Shown: positions 38,489 to 55,282, counted from the first letter of the stretch. The stretch: DNA of 64,000 nucleotides from Paramecium tetraurelia (GCA_000165425.1 CT868013.1:1-64000); one strand, 5' to 3'. The notes: a model not told the origin generated them from the letters alone. A program made the numbers and translations.

Positions 38489-41400
38489 TCATCTGAAATA
38501 ATTCATTAATACTAAGATAAAGAAGACTACATTATAAATGATATTAAATACCTAGTGCAGCTAAAAATATTATTAATTCGTAGTTCGACTCTTATACAAA
38601 TTTGACTCTTATTTTTTATCCATTTTCAAAATAAACATCTCCTTCAGTAGGTTCGTGACACTGACTAAAATCAAACACAATCTCAACTCGACCTTGAGAA
38701 AATTAGGTTGTGATCAATCCTTACAAATGGTTCTCTTGATAGGTCTTCTCAATGTTTCTATAGTAAGGAATACTTAGAGTTTAGATTGGCTGGCTATTTT
38801 AAATAAATATTTCCTTGTTGGGAAGATAGAATTCTCTTTCATAAGTGATTTCTTTGCTGCCATCCAATTAAATGAACTGATTAGAGATGAATGCATTAAC
38901 CTTCACCTTCTTAGGCATGGGAGTAGTATCTTAAGCAATAATGGGTTTGATATTATATTCATAGAGATTGTCAGTTTTTACTAATTCAAACCATTGAGGT
39001 TAATCGACTTCGATTTTGATTTCAAAGTTTGGATTGATTTAATCAGATTGCTGTATTTTGGGATTGACATTTAATTTGATGTTCAAATGATTATCCACTT
39101 TGTTTGACTCAATAATTATATGTGATGGTCTGATGACCTCGAGTCCAGCCTTGAATTTGTTACCTTAATCATTGACCTCAACAAAGCATTCATTCAATTC
39201 CTTTTCGATTGTTAACTGATTGCCCTTGAAACTACCACAATTTGAATTCCATATTGGTTTCTCTGAATTGTCCATCTTGTAAGTGATTGTGGATCCAAGA
39301 TATGCTTTCTTTTACAACAAGGTGGCTCCCACTTTTTACAAGGATGTAATCAACTCTGTCATTACCACAACTCAACTTGATCAATGCAAATCCTTAATCC
39401 AAACCCTAAATTTCAATTCCATTCTTATTCACCTTAATCTACACAATGTGTCTAGTGTATCCTAGAACCTCAAGCTTATTGTCTTCAATATCATCGTATT
39501 GATATCCTTCCTAATTCAAGTATGCAATTTGAATTTCTAATTTTTCATCGACTTTCAAATTCACAAATTCCGACATCGGATACATTTGATAGATTTCTTC
39601 TACTTGTATTAACATGGGAGTTGTGGCTAACAATAATTGAGGCTACAAAGTGATGCTATCACTTTCAATAATGTTAGGTGGATTCATATTCAATTATCCA
39701 ACACTCTTTATTTCTTATCCCAAAGCTAATCTGCTGTTGGTAGGAACCAGAAGAGGAACATGGTACAAGGCCTTGGTATTAATAAATAAGTTTCTAGTAT
39801 AGGAATTCAATCTTTCTACTTCAAGTAGAGTCTAAGCCTCTAAATCATAGGCCTTGATTTTAATAGTAATTTTTCCAGCCACAACTGTGGAAACTGAAAG
39901 TCCCAAAGAATTTGGAGCTGTCTGAACCAATTTCTCATCTAGATACCAATGTATCTTGTGTGTTGGACACAAACAAAGGTTCATCTAATGATCCTGTATA
40001 AGGAAGTCAGCCACTATTCTTACTGATGAACCTAATTCAATTTTCCTACCATAGTGTAAAATAGCCCTATTGGGTTTATTTACTACTACTGGTACATCGA
40101 CTGAATCTATCAGAATATTAGACTATCTTAAGAACACAGTGACAAAATAATTTCCATTCCTCTTTTTAGATTTGATAGTGACAATGTTCTAGCTAACTGA
40201 AGTTTCTAAATCCTCATTGGAAATGGCTGAATAAGTGAATTAAGAGTAGGAGGGGAACAACACATGAGTCTCACATTCAGTTGGCATGTAGACAGTTTCA
40301 GCTTATAACTTGGGTATAACCTTCAAATCAACTTGATTAGAGTTGATTGAGTCGTATTGTGTTTATAACTTGAATAAGCCTTCTTTATTTGGAGTGATCA
40401 AAAACTAATTATTGACTTGGTTAATATTGCCGAATCCATGGGAATCAATCAAACGAAGAGGAGTCCAAGTTGTCACATGCACCTATTTCTTATAATAATG
40501 GAATGTAGAGGTTGCGCTGATTGAATTTCCAACTACAGTGATCTATTAACTTAATTCCAAATTCAATTGAGATGGGTCAATTACATTAAGGGTTGCTGAC
40601 ACACTGTAATTTAAGGATAAGTCATAAACTACTAATTAGAATTAGCCTAATTTTTTTGGAGTTATAGTAACTTAATCCTTCTCGCACCCTATGATATTAT
40701 TATCATATTGGCATTGTATATTGTTGGTTGATGATTCTATTCTGAATAACACACTTTAATCAATCAGAATCATATTGTTCTCCACTTGGAATCAATTTTA
40801 ATGTATGATGGATGATTAAGTCTAGTTCACTCTTTATGGTTATGAAAGTATCTTTATGATTGTTGTAGGAATTTGAAGCCACAATGAATTTACAATCAGA
40901 AATTCCTGATTAAATATCATATGATAAATATCTATTTTGATATTTTAATCCCCGTGTTGAATAGTCTAAATGCAAACTGCTGGAATTATAGAATAAGAAA
41001 GTCTTGTAGACAGCCACTACACTAATTTACACAGTTTCTTCTTTGAATAACCAATTTACTTCCTGATTCTTTTCATTATAAATTTTGAATGCTTCTGGCA
41101 ATAAACACTAAATAGGTAGAGTATTGCTAACTAATTTTGGATTAGGCAATAAATCTGATTGTTTATTGATTCTTGTAATTCTGAATTCAGCTTTGCTCTA
41201 GAAACAATTGAAATGATATTTTTCCATGTCTATTTTGAGAATACCTTCTGACAACTTCTCGTTGTATGGTGTTTAATCCCAAGTTGTTGGTCCTCCCAAA
41301 ACCTTAGTTGTAATAGTGGAATGAGGAGTCACATAATAGACTGGTTTTTCAAAATGCAAGTAATCATAAACTCTTACTTATTGTGTTACAGATATCTTTT

Positions 41401-43063
41401 GAGTGTTAATTTGAAGATTATATTAACCTGGTGTTGCTGATTGCATTTTCAAACCATTGCAAACTAAATAGTTGGATAGATCTCCAGCTATTTATGATGT
41501 GGTGAAAATATCAAAATTGTCAATAGTAAACTTAACTGCTCTGCATTAAGTATAGTTTCCAACTTTAGGATCTCCAATGGCTTAATAAAATGTGTCATCA
41601 GATTCATTCACTATCAATTCTTTCCTCCTCTCAAATGGAAGTATTTAACTGACATCTGTCACGTAGACAGTTACTTCTAAACTGTTATAGACATTAAATT
41701 CATCATAAATTATCAAGATATTCTCTCCTAATTCTGAAGCGACAAGAGTGTGGGGACTTTTAATTTCGAAAATAGTAGGTGATTGATATCTGGATTAATA
41801 TTTATAATTTCCTGATCCTCCAGTCACAACTAAGTTGTATTGTTCATGAATTGGAAGGTGAATATATGTTTTAAAGATTGTTGATATTTGGATAGGTTGG
41901 ACAAAGTGGATGGTAACAGAGGATTCCAATGTTCCTCTTTGGAATGTTAATTTAACATTTTGTCTTTCTACCTTTGATATGACTGTCTGCTCTATCAATT
42001 CTATGTCTTTAGACTCATAGGAGAATGCATCTGTAGAATATATTCTTTAATGCAATTCATCCTTGAGGTAAGCTTAAAATCTATATAATTTGCCAACTAT
42101 CAAATGAGTTACTTTTCCTTCTCTCTTTTCTTTTCCATCTTCCCAAATATCAATATCAATGTACTTGGGAATGACTACATGATAGATAGCTTTGATTTGA
42201 TTGTAATTGGAGTTAACTACTGTGAGATTCAAGTTCTTCTCAACAGTCTATGTTGTCAAAGCACCATTTTGTTCAATTTTTGATAGTTTTGAAGTAGTAC
42301 TCCAAACATGAGCTGCACTTGGTATGCTTATTTTAGTTTTCCCATCTGCTCTCAATAGATGGAATTGGATCACAGAATGTGTTGGTAAGTAAAACACTGG
42401 ATAATCAGGGTAGAATTGAAATTTTTAAATTACAACTAAATCTACGTTCGTTTCTATTTTATTTTCATAATATTTCTTCTCGACCACTCTAGTAAAAACA
42501 GTCTCTTTCCCTTCCTTCTTTCCTTTGACCACAATGATATCACTATTGAACTCTAATCTTGCTCTTTTTTCTGATACTTTTAATCCTGATTCAGTAAACT
42601 TAACCATTTCCAATTAGCCTGTTTTCCATTCAAATTTAAGACCTTCCAATGTTGTGAATGTGTTTCCCTTATCATCATATGCTTAAACATGCAATTCCTC
42701 TTGAGTATCCAAATCCAATTATTTTTATTTGGTAATTATGCTCAAACTGCTTATTGCTTGCACAACTACTTCCACTATAAATTGAGATGCATCTGAGGAC
42801 TTCGGTTTCACATAGATAAATGTTTAACTTGGCATTTTAGTCACAACTCTGACTTTTCCTATTGACTTCGAGCATCCCTATTAATCCTGCACTGTGATTG
42901 CAATAGCACTATTGGAAGCACTCCAATCGAAGCAGCCACCTTCAGCAGTGATTTCATACTCAACTTCGATGTCTGCCAAGGGCAATAAGATGTTTTTATT
43001 GCTGATTTTTGAGCCACTAATTGTGTTTAAAATTGCTAGCGCCAATATTAAGGCAAATTTCAT
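38489..43063 (-). CDS. NUP210: Nuclear pore membrane glycoprotein gp210/NUP210 (one apparent frameshift near 40763-40791)
   Basis: Signal peptide, NILLP..YEITAEGGCFDWS, AYDDKGNTFTTLEGLKFEW, repeated Ig-like beta-rich units (VTGGSGNY), C-terminal TM ELIIFLAALVFFILVLMNYFR-TGA. Confidence 0.85.
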
Positions 43064-43079
43064 TAATTAAATATATTAA

Positions 43080-43807
43080 TCATTTTTTTTAACTCTTCAC
43101 CTTCTTTGGCTTCTGATATTTCTACTCCATCTATTATAACAGCTAATCAAATGTATTCTTCGGTCTTTGTCTAATCTATTTAGTCAATTAGTCCATATCA
43201 ATCTATTATGCCTCAGGGTCTTCTCTCAAAGTCTTGATCTTGTTTCGGCTGGTCTAGTATATTTTGTAATCCGCTATCTTCTTTTGCTTTATCATCTCGT
43301 CATAAAACTCTAAAAAACGAGGGATGTCCTCATTCTTACTCAATATTATATTCTCGAGCAAACATTTCACATTCCCACTATTTCTATCGAGATTACGGCA
43401 AACACTCTTACTTATTATAGAATTCAATCAAGTCGTTCTCCTCCTCCTTACTAAACCTATACTTGACCTCATATTTATCAATATCCTCTCTGCTGATCTT
43501 CGGATAAAGGTTACGATAGAACTCATATGCATTTTTAAATTCATCCATCCCCTCAATCATCCCTGTTTCATCATACATTTTTCTTTTCTCCTCATTCGAA
43601 AGAATCTAATAAGCTTCGGATATTTTTTAAAACTTTTCTTTTGCATTTACATCTGCTTGATTCTTATCTGGATGTAATTACAATGCCAATTATCGATAAG
43701 ACTTTTTCTAAAAATAAAATTAACTTCCGTACTATTTCATTTTGAGTTGCTTTCGGTGCCACATTCAGTAATGTGTACAACGTAAATTATTCTTCCCGCT
43801 ATTACAT
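43080..43807 (-). CDS. DNAJC9: DnaJ domain protein, DNAJC9-like
   Basis: LYTLLNV..KKSYRQLALQLHPDKN..KFQKISEAYQILSNEEKRKMYDETG; then ISREDIDKYEVKYRFSKEEENDLIEFY, typical of DNAJC9; two introns. Confidence 0.8.
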
Positions 43808-44424
43808 TATTTAATTTATAAACACAAAATTGAGCTATTATTATTTGTAAATTATTCGTTAAAATCAATTAACAATCTAAATTATTCCAAAAAAAGGCTA
43901 CTAATAAAATGGTTTGATGTAAGTCTACATAAACTCCTTACAATATAATTAAAACTTATAACCCTGTGAATAAGAGAAATAATATTTATTTCTATATATA
44001 AAATCATTGAAAATAAATATCAAAATAAAATATTTCAAAACTGTAAATACTTTAGTTTATTTTCTTCTCATGACGTTACAATTTAACTTTGAATGTTAGT
44101 AAGTAAGTTTTAAATGAGACTTAATGTGTTAATTGGAATATCATTATATAAAATAAAATAAATAAAACGAAGTAATCTAAGAATTTCTTCAATCAATGAA
44201 AATTATTTAAAAATAAGAAAATGCTATCAAATTGTCCTAAGTATACTTTGAATTAGTGGTAACTTCCATTAAAGCAACATATTTTGTTTAGAAAATTTAA
44301 ATACCTATATAAAATTTAAAAATACTCAGTCACTAATTAAGTTATTAATTTATGATTGAAATTATAAAAAATTCATAATAATTAGAAAGAATGTTACAAG
44401 ATAATTAAAAATAATATGATTTTA

Positions 44425-45899
44425 TCAATTGACCTGTCTACGCTCAGATTTAAGAACTAAACTAACATCTAAATTATAATAAAGATCATTATACATTGAT
44501 TAGAAATTTCGAGAGCCTGCAAGCTTCTCTAGTAGTAATGAAGCCTAGAGGCCAGCTTCTCTTTAGCTCCTTCAATGAAGATTCCATAAATAAAAAATTT
44601 AGAAGAGGATTCATAATTTATAATTCTTATATGAATTTGTTTTGATATCATGATTTCAAAGACTTCCATCAAAATCAAATAAAATTCATCTTTATGTCCA
44701 GAGATTTTTGATCTTTTTTAGAAGTTTTCAAGAGTTATTTGCTTCTATGGATAAATTAATTTGAGCTAGTTTAGAATTTTGTCGATTTTAATAGAAGCAA
44801 TAAATTATTTATCAATTTTTTCATGTAAATAATGATACACTGTAATCTTAAATATCGTATGTAGATTAGGAAATGGTTGTTAGAAACTCAATCTGAATTG
44901 ATGTAGGATACTTTTGATTAAGATTTTGTATTTATATTAATACTTATTTTCTAATTCTGAATCGTTTTCATTTTTTTAACATTTAATTGGCTTAGCTTTT
45001 ATAAGAATGACAGGGGATGTGTCTGAAAGTATAGAGTAGTAGATATTGTGAACCTCCTTATGATATAAAATGATGAGTTTTTGATTCCATATTTATATAT
45101 TGTCTTTGTTTAATTATTAAACCTTCTGAAATATAAAATCTTCTAAATTAATTTTATGGCTCTGATTCACTTTTGAATTTCTGAGGAATTACTTCAATTC
45201 TTCAGTTGATTCCATGGGGTAAATAAAATCGATTGACTTTTTCAACATAAAAGAATTTTTAAAGTTATTGTAATTGAAAATAATACATGGCTCAACAATC
45301 ATATTTTAAAAAATTTCATCCCACTTATTCTCTATTATTGTAAGTTTGAATTTTGATCTTTCCGCAGAGGCATTTTCATAAAATGTAATTATAAGTAAGA
45401 ATGAAAGTAAAAATGTTGCCAGTGTTAGCGAAATGGAATAATCTGGCTAATACTCCATGAAATAAGCCAGGTAAAAGGAATAAAACGAAATCACCTACAC
45501 TAAAGTATCAATAAATTCTCCAGTATTCATCACTATAAATTGATAAGATACTATCAAAGCCGAAGATAATTAATGTTTGTACTAAGTTTTTCCCTCGTCA
45601 GGTTCATAATAAAAACTTAAAACACCATAATTGATGATTATCAGAACCCATCTGATCAGGCGAGGTTGAAATTTAAGAATCAAAATAAAACCAATAGTGA
45701 CCATTAAGTAGCCGAGAGTGGAATATACATCCCTCAAATTAAAATTGATCATAAGAGCGATTGATTTCACAATTACAATAAGAATTGTGATCTTTATGAC
45801 CTTTTGCAACATTGGTTTCCTCTTCGAGCTTAATTAGTATTCCTGATACTTTTATTCGACTGTATTATCCAAAAACTAGAGGGTGTACTTATTTATCAT
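44425..45899 (-). CDS. Paramecium-type multi-pass membrane protein (about 5-6 N-terminal TM helices plus soluble C-terminal domain)
   Basis: MINKYTLQFLDNTVEQKYQEY followed by hydrophobic helices, then a soluble region; 3' end approximate. Confidence 0.7.
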
Positions 45900-46677
45900 T
45901 AGAAAATATAAATAATCAAAATTTGATTGTTAATTTGACATTAAACTAAGAAATAGATGACGAATTAAGAAGGATATAATTATTTTTAGACCCCATGAAT
46001 AGTCTATATTGCAATTTTAATTTATTAATTAAAATAAAATAAATTAACAGAAATGCAAATTATGGCTTTTTTTCAAATAACTACAAATTAATTAGTCAAA
46101 TTTTGAAGACAGTGGAATATAACTAAACCAATTCTTATTTAAAACTTTGAACTTTCAATAAGTTTTTGGATATCAAATTGATTACATTGAAATTAAAAGA
46201 AGTTTCTGATATGAATACTCATATCTGTAGCATCCCTCTTTTCCTTTGGTGCTATTCAAGGTTAACTATATTTTATTTTTGAATACTTAAGTAAAATACT
46301 GGATATTATTTTAAATACTAATTCTATCAAATTTTATTGTTAATATCAAAAAATAAATCATAAAATTTAAAGTCTAAAGAGAAAAGGTAAATGGAAAATC
46401 AAAAACCTAATGTTAATTTTTAAACTTATTTATCTTTTAACCATATTCCTGTATATTCTATTCCTATAACATTATAATTAGTTACATTAAACAAAGTTTT
46501 GAGTATCATGCTTCTTCAATAATGTCACTGAACAAAATTTGAACTAAAAAGTATAAAATGAAGTTTTAAAAAGAATTATGCAGGTAATTCATTTAAATAA
46601 AAAGTTGTGCGAAAATTTCTAAATAGTGTATAAACTGATTTTATATTTTTATATAAATAATTCAAATTTTCAAAGCA

Positions 46678-49021
<2,344 letters not shown>

Positions 49022-49099
49022 ACATAATACATATATTATATAAAATCTCAAGCATACTGGTGTTAGCTAATTAAATTTAATTTTTTTAGAATTCAAAAC

Positions 49100-51891
49100 A
49101 TGGAGGAGAAGAAAGTCACAGTCGATAAATAGGCCTAGAAAAAACCAGGAAAATAGGCTGTATAGTTGGTAATGATGAAAATCAAGCATAATTTTAGTCA
49201 GAATAAGATCTTGAGTTGAAAACCAGGCTGGAATAATATGCGGAGGAGATCATTTAAAATAACACAGAAAGTTTGGAGAAGTTAAAGACCGAAGTCCGTT
49301 CGGCTACAACTTCAATGACTTCAGTGCCAAAGCCATTCAAATTCTTAAAGGAATCTTATGGGAAGTTGGTTGAGTTTTACGATGGATTGGAGGCATCAAG
49401 ATTCAAAGTATGAGTGTGGTATCTAAAATATAGAAATAATTGGCAGATTTTCTGTCTGTGTTGGCAATGACTTATGGAGGCGATAGAGATTCATTGTTTT
49501 ATCTATAGGAGGGAACATAAGAAGAATTCAAATTTTGGGGACATGAATATCTAAGTCATATAGCTGCCAATATTGGATCAGAATTCTAGATAAGGTTACA
49601 AAAGGTAGAGGGCGCCGATGATTTACTGTTTTTAGTTGATTAAATAGTTCCATATTTTATGGATCATAATTCAGAACATGATGCAATTGATTTATTGAGT
49701 GAAGTGGATCAATTATAAAAAATAGAACAAGTAAAGAGTCTATATCTTATCATTAGTATGTGAATCAAGTGAACATATAAAGAGTTTTGGTTTATTTATT
49801 AAGTCTCGTTCCATTTTGTTCAGATTAGGACGAATTGGATATTTTACTTGCTACTGCCTTTAATATTTGTTTGAAGGTGAATGAATACACTAATGCTTTG
49901 AAAATTGCATTACGTATAGACAAGCCAGGAAATGTTGAAAAAGTATTTTAAGCATGCTAAGATGAAACAATAAAAAAGCAATTGGCCTTCTAATTGGCTA
50001 GACATAGATATCAAGTTGGAGAAGAAATTATTATTGATGAGACTTTAAAAAAGATAGCAGCAAATCAATACTTGAGTTAATTCTACATAAATTTGGCTAA
50101 AGATTTAGAAGTTCTTGAACCTAAGACTCCAGATCAGGTTTACAAGGCTCATTTAGAGGAAAAGAACAAAGAAGCTAATTTTGAATAAATTTAAAAGAAT
50201 TTAGCAGCAACATATTGCAATGGATTCGTGAATGCAGGATTCAAGAAGGATGCATTGATGAGCAATAAAGAAAATCCATGGTTGAATAGTGTGAAAAATG
50301 ATCATACAGCAATTGCAGCTGTTGCAAGTATTGGGTTAGTCAATTTATGGAATATTGATAATGGAACAGAATAAATATCTGAATACTTTGAATTAAGTGA
50401 TATCTTCACAAAGGCAGGAGCTTGCATAGGATTAGGATTATTTTGTAGTGGAATTGTAGATGAAAATTAACCAGCTTAAGCCATATTATTAGCTTAGTTG
50501 GAGAGTCCTGAAGTGTAGGTTAAGATCGGAGCTGTGATGGGATTAGGATTAGCATATGCAGGTTCAGCAAGAGTAGAATTATAAGACCAATTGATAAGTT
50601 TAATTGTTGAGGCAGATAGTGTTGAATTGGCTTCTATGGCTGCATTATCTTTAGGTCTGATATTCGTTGGTAAATGCAATGATGAAGTTGCTAATGCCAT
50701 TGTTTAAACAATGGGGGAGAGACAAGAATCATAATTAGATATCTCTATATCAAGATATTTTGCAGTAGGATTAGGATTACTCTATTTAGGATAAGCAGAA
50801 GCAGCAGACATTGTAATTGATACACTTGCTGTAATTCCTCACAAGATCAATAAATATGCAAAAGTCACCTTGACTTCTCTTGCATATGCATCAACAGGAA
50901 ATGTGTTAAAAGTTCAAGAACTACTTGGTTATTGTTCAGAAGTGACATCTGATGACAAGGGCACTAAGATAGACAAGAATTATGAACTCTAATAAGTAGC
51001 CATTTTGGGAATTGCCTTAATTGCCAACAGTGAGGATATTGGTAGTGAAATGGTCTATAGAATTTTCTAACATATATTGTAATATTCAGATGTGGAGGTC
51101 AAGAGAGCCATTCCTTTGGCTGTAGCTTTGATCAACGTATTAATACAGTATATTAATTAATTAGATATCCAATCCCAAGATTCAACCCATGGACCTTCTT
51201 CTTAAGTTGGCTCACGACAGAGATTAAGAATTGTCCTATAGAGCAACCTTGGCAATGGGTTTATTGGGAGCAGGTACTAACAATTCAAGAATTGCTGATA
51301 AGTTAAGAGGATTGGCAGTTTACTTTATGAATGATTCAAATGGATTGTTCCTTGTGAGAATTGCTTAGGGATTATTACATATGGGCAAAGGATTGTTGAC
51401 ACTTCAACCATACTATTCTGATAAGTTCTTAATGAATAAGGTGGCTATTGCAGGAATTATTTCATTCTTACATGGATGTTTGGACATTAAGAATTTGATT
51501 TTGGAAAAGCATCATACATTACTCTACTATTTAGGTATTGCCATGTATCCAAGAATGTTCTTTACAGTAATTATTCTCGCTTAATTTAGTTAAATGAAAA
51601 TCTTGAAAATCTCCCTGTTTAGGTACGTGTAGGATAGGCTGTAGATGCAGTTGGATAGGCTGGTAAACCAAAAAGAATCACAGGATTTCAGACTCATACA
51701 AGTCCAGTCATTGTTAGTGCTGGTGAAAGGTAATCCTAAATATATTCTATAATAGAGCTGAATTAGCCAATGATGAATATATGCCAGTCTAGGATATGAT
51801 TTTAGAAAACTTTGTTATTTTAAAGAAGAATCCAGATTATAAACCAGAAGTTGAGTAACCATAACGTAAAAAGACTAGTTTTAGCATGTGA
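49100..51891 (+). CDS. RPN1: 26S proteasome regulatory subunit RPN1 (PSMD2)
   Basis: [83 protein letters not shown]. Confidence 0.96.
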
Positions 51892-51973
51892 TTATATATA
51901 ATAAATATGCAAGTATGTAACTTTTAAATTAAAATATATAAATATAGTAATAATATTAAATAGTCATAAAAGA

Positions 51974-53005
51974 TCATTATTTAGTTATTGAAATATTTTC
52001 AATTTAGTTTGTTAATTTCGTATTTTAGATATTACGCCCATGATATTACCTAATTTTACTTAGTGTATTTTCATAGGTTCTTGTCGAATCAACTTCTCTC
52101 TTTTCAACATCATTTCCAACTTAGTAGAAATGACATTCTCTTGCTTATTATTATTCTTTTATTTTGTTAATATGATTTTTGTATTAGGTAATTGTCTACC
52201 AGAATCGATCGATTGTTGAGATGTGCTTCTTAATTTTGCTATTTTCTACATAATCTCATCAATCGATTTAGTATGAGATGGGTGGTCTTTTAATCTATGT
52301 TTAATTCCTGACATTATTGCGATGTTTTTAACTGGCTGATTTCTTGGCAATGATTCATTGAGTTATTCAAGTGAACTGGCATCAACGGAAGCTTATTATT
52401 ATTTTTAAATAAGGTCAACAATGCTTTGATTATTTGAAATCACTAATTCTAATTATATTATTAATTTATAAAGTACTTTTCAAAATGATCTTATTGGGAC
52501 TAGAAGAATTGATAATCGAATTTTGATGTGTTAACTAATTGTACTTTAGTGTATTCCTTTCTGTAATAGATTTGATTCCTTAATTTGATAATTGTATTAT
52601 TTTTTATTAAGTACATAATACTGTATCATCCCTTTCAAGTGTTCTATCCCTATTAGAAGTTATACAAGGTTGGCTACTGGTGTGGTTTTTATGCTTCATT
52701 CTTTCATCAAGAAGTGCAATTATTTCATCAACATTTCCAGGATCAGTACAATCAATTGACTTGTCCTTGGAACTCATTTTGGCAATTGTTTATTGAAATT
52801 TTTTAATGTTCATAGCAACAGCATGCAAGTATAAAAAGTAGTCTTACTAACTAGTATTTGATGTCATATATTCTAAATAATTCATTCTTTGCAAGGATCT
52901 TTGAGTCAATCCCAATTTCTTCATTACGATTTAAGTTAATTCTGAGTTGAAATCTATTTTTTGATCCAGATATTACTTCATCTCTTGCATCGGGATTTTA
53001 CTCAT
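51974..53005 (-). CDS. Hypothetical protein (probable coiled coil)
   Basis: ATG 53005 MSKIPMQEMKQYLDQKIDF; coding-like frame with introns; end approximate. Confidence 0.6.
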
Positions 53006-53068
53006 TTTTTATAAAATATTAAACTATAAGTAATCATTTTTAATTATATTATAAATTATTTAGTTTAT

Positions 53069-54223
53069 TCATTGTTGTCCTGCCCTTTCATCTTTTTAGT
53101 TTGCAAATAATAATACTGTCAATTCTTCAATGGCCTTTGAATTTTGAACAATTACACATGCTTTATTTATATTACATTTCAATTTCATATCCATAACTGA
53201 ATATAGATAGGATAATAATTTAATGTCCTGATTGTCAGTGCGAATATGCAATGAGAATGTTGGTTGCAGTCTGCTATTAACAACTACTTGATCCAATAGT
53301 TTGGCTGCCTTGTCTGCTGGTAGATGAGTTTCCACTGCTGTTTTGAAAAGAGGCCAATTATCAGCAAATAAAGGCTGGTATTTAGATTTTACTAGATAGC
53401 AATACAGCTATTCTGGTGCCTCTATTTCCACTTAATCATTAACTTATTGTTCTTCTTCAGCAAAGATTTCTTGTGGTACTTCTTTAAGTAATGGCTGGAA
53501 ACTTGAACTCAAGACATCCACATCCAGACGTGAAGATTCTTCAGGATAAAAAATCAAGAGTACTTCTTCATGAAATGGCTTCTTTCTTTATTCACTTGTG
53601 AAAGGAATAACTTAGTTTTCTGTTTTGCATTCCTCTGCCCAAGTGAAATTAGGTAAAGAGAGTACTTCATTTAAAGGTTTAAGCATATCCTCATAACGAG
53701 TATCTTCCAAGACCATATAGAAATGAGTGATTTCAGCCTATTTTTCAGGATCAAAGTCATGCAAATCACTCCATGTGTTATTCCAGATGTTGAGTTTTGC
53801 CTTCTGCAAATGTTATCTTAATTATGGATAATAACCACGAAAACAACCAAATCCCATTCTGACTGATAATTCTATAATTGGTTGACTTTGAGTGAAGAGC
53901 AAGGTTTGAACATCCTCACATTTCTTAGATCGAAATTATCCGCAAGCAGTAATCACTTTACATCTTTTACATCCTCTTATAAACATACTAGATTCAACAG
54001 CAGCAAAGAACATTTGACAATCAAAACAATCATCAATTAGAATTTATGCTGAGAAGTCTGCTATGAAGATCTTACAACGGACACAATTTCTTAATACAAA
54101 GGACTCGCCATCAACTTCACCTGGCTTTTTTACTAGTATTTCATCTTGTTTGTCAAAAAACCTATATTTAGAAGCATCCTTTTTTCTTAATTCCCATGAC
54201 TTAGGTTTGTTGTTGTTTTACAT
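53069..54223 (-). CDS. RP2: RP2/XRP2-like Arl3 GAP (TBCC beta-helix domain plus C-terminal domain)
   Basis: SWELR..YRFFDKQDEILVKKPGEVDGESFVLRNC..IDDC..ACGQFRSKKC..QPIIE..FGCF..YYPQL..NIWNNTWSDLHDF. Confidence 0.88.
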
Positions 54224-54283
54224 TTAAAAGGAATACAAAGAATTTTATCAAAATTACAAAATTATTAAAAGAAAAACAAATAA

Positions 54284-55282
54284 TCATTGATTTGGAAGTG
54301 CTTCTATTTCTTCTTGAAGGATATTTTGAACACATTTTGGATATTCATAATTTTTATACCCTCTAAAAAGAGGAGTGTACTCTTTCTATAATAATTTAAA
54401 TTAATGAACTAAAATACCAAGTAAGCTAAGATGTTTTTGGCCATTTAGTCTTTTTTAATAGTGAATGAAGGGATGATCAATTCTGGCATGACAGGCACGT
54501 TCTCCCTGTTATAAACTCTTAATAAATGCTCTTGAGGGTCTAATTTACCATAGCCTTTTGTAATCTTGTTCCTTGCAGTAATGTTCAGAATAGGAGGCTT
54601 CTTTTTTAATTTCTCTAATTAAAAGTATCATTTACAGCAAATAAAGTTGGGTTCTATCTTTTTTCATACATTCTTTACAAAGTATGATCATAAGTTTATT
54701 CTCTCTTTTTTACTGCCTCTGAATATGAACATTTATTATCATCTCTATTCGCAACCACTTCCTATTACTTTGGCTCTTAAACTATAGTTTCCATTTCCTC
54801 TTCTTGGACCTCTTCATCTTAAATTTCCACTCCTTGAATTTGAGGATTTGTCATGAAATCTATAGCTCTTTTCTAATCATCTTCGTTTTCAAGCTATCTT
54901 TCTTATTCCTACTACTCTCTCATCAACTACTCTTATCTTTCCCTCTCCATTAATCTTCTATAAGCCATAATCTTTTTGTCTATCTATTTTATGGCTTCAG
55001 GGATTGGAGTAGGCTTTGGAACATACTACATGAATGCATACATAAATATATTTACAGGATGAACATATTAAATTGAAGGTTGTGGTAGCACAATCAACTC
55101 TTAAGTAGTTTTGGGTTTACGACTTGCTTAATAGATATTCAAGATTACAAAAACCGTTATGCATTTCTCATCTGAGGTGGATGTGCAGGGTCATCTTTGT
55201 CATTTAAAAATCTTGCTTTTTATCCTTAAGATTTAGCCTTATGCTCAGCATAATGTTTTTAATGAATTTGTTTTTCTGACAT
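54284..55282 (-). CDS. Hypothetical protein with Glu/Gln-rich coiled coil
   Basis: ATG 55282 MSEKQIHQKHYAEHKAK; several introns; ends EEIEALPNQ-TGA. Confidence 0.65.

Noticed and set aside
40795..40830. Retained TA-bounded IES as the cause of the NUP210 frameshift
   Set aside because: The TA..TA candidate examined is 24 nt (frame-neutral, shorter than typical IESs) and lacks a good end consensus
43324..43677. 117 aa hydrophobic + strand ORF
   Set aside because: Antisense shadow of the DNAJC9-like gene
54284..55282. Initial guess of CFAP91/MAATS1
   Set aside because: No diagnostic motif on translation; left as hypothetical
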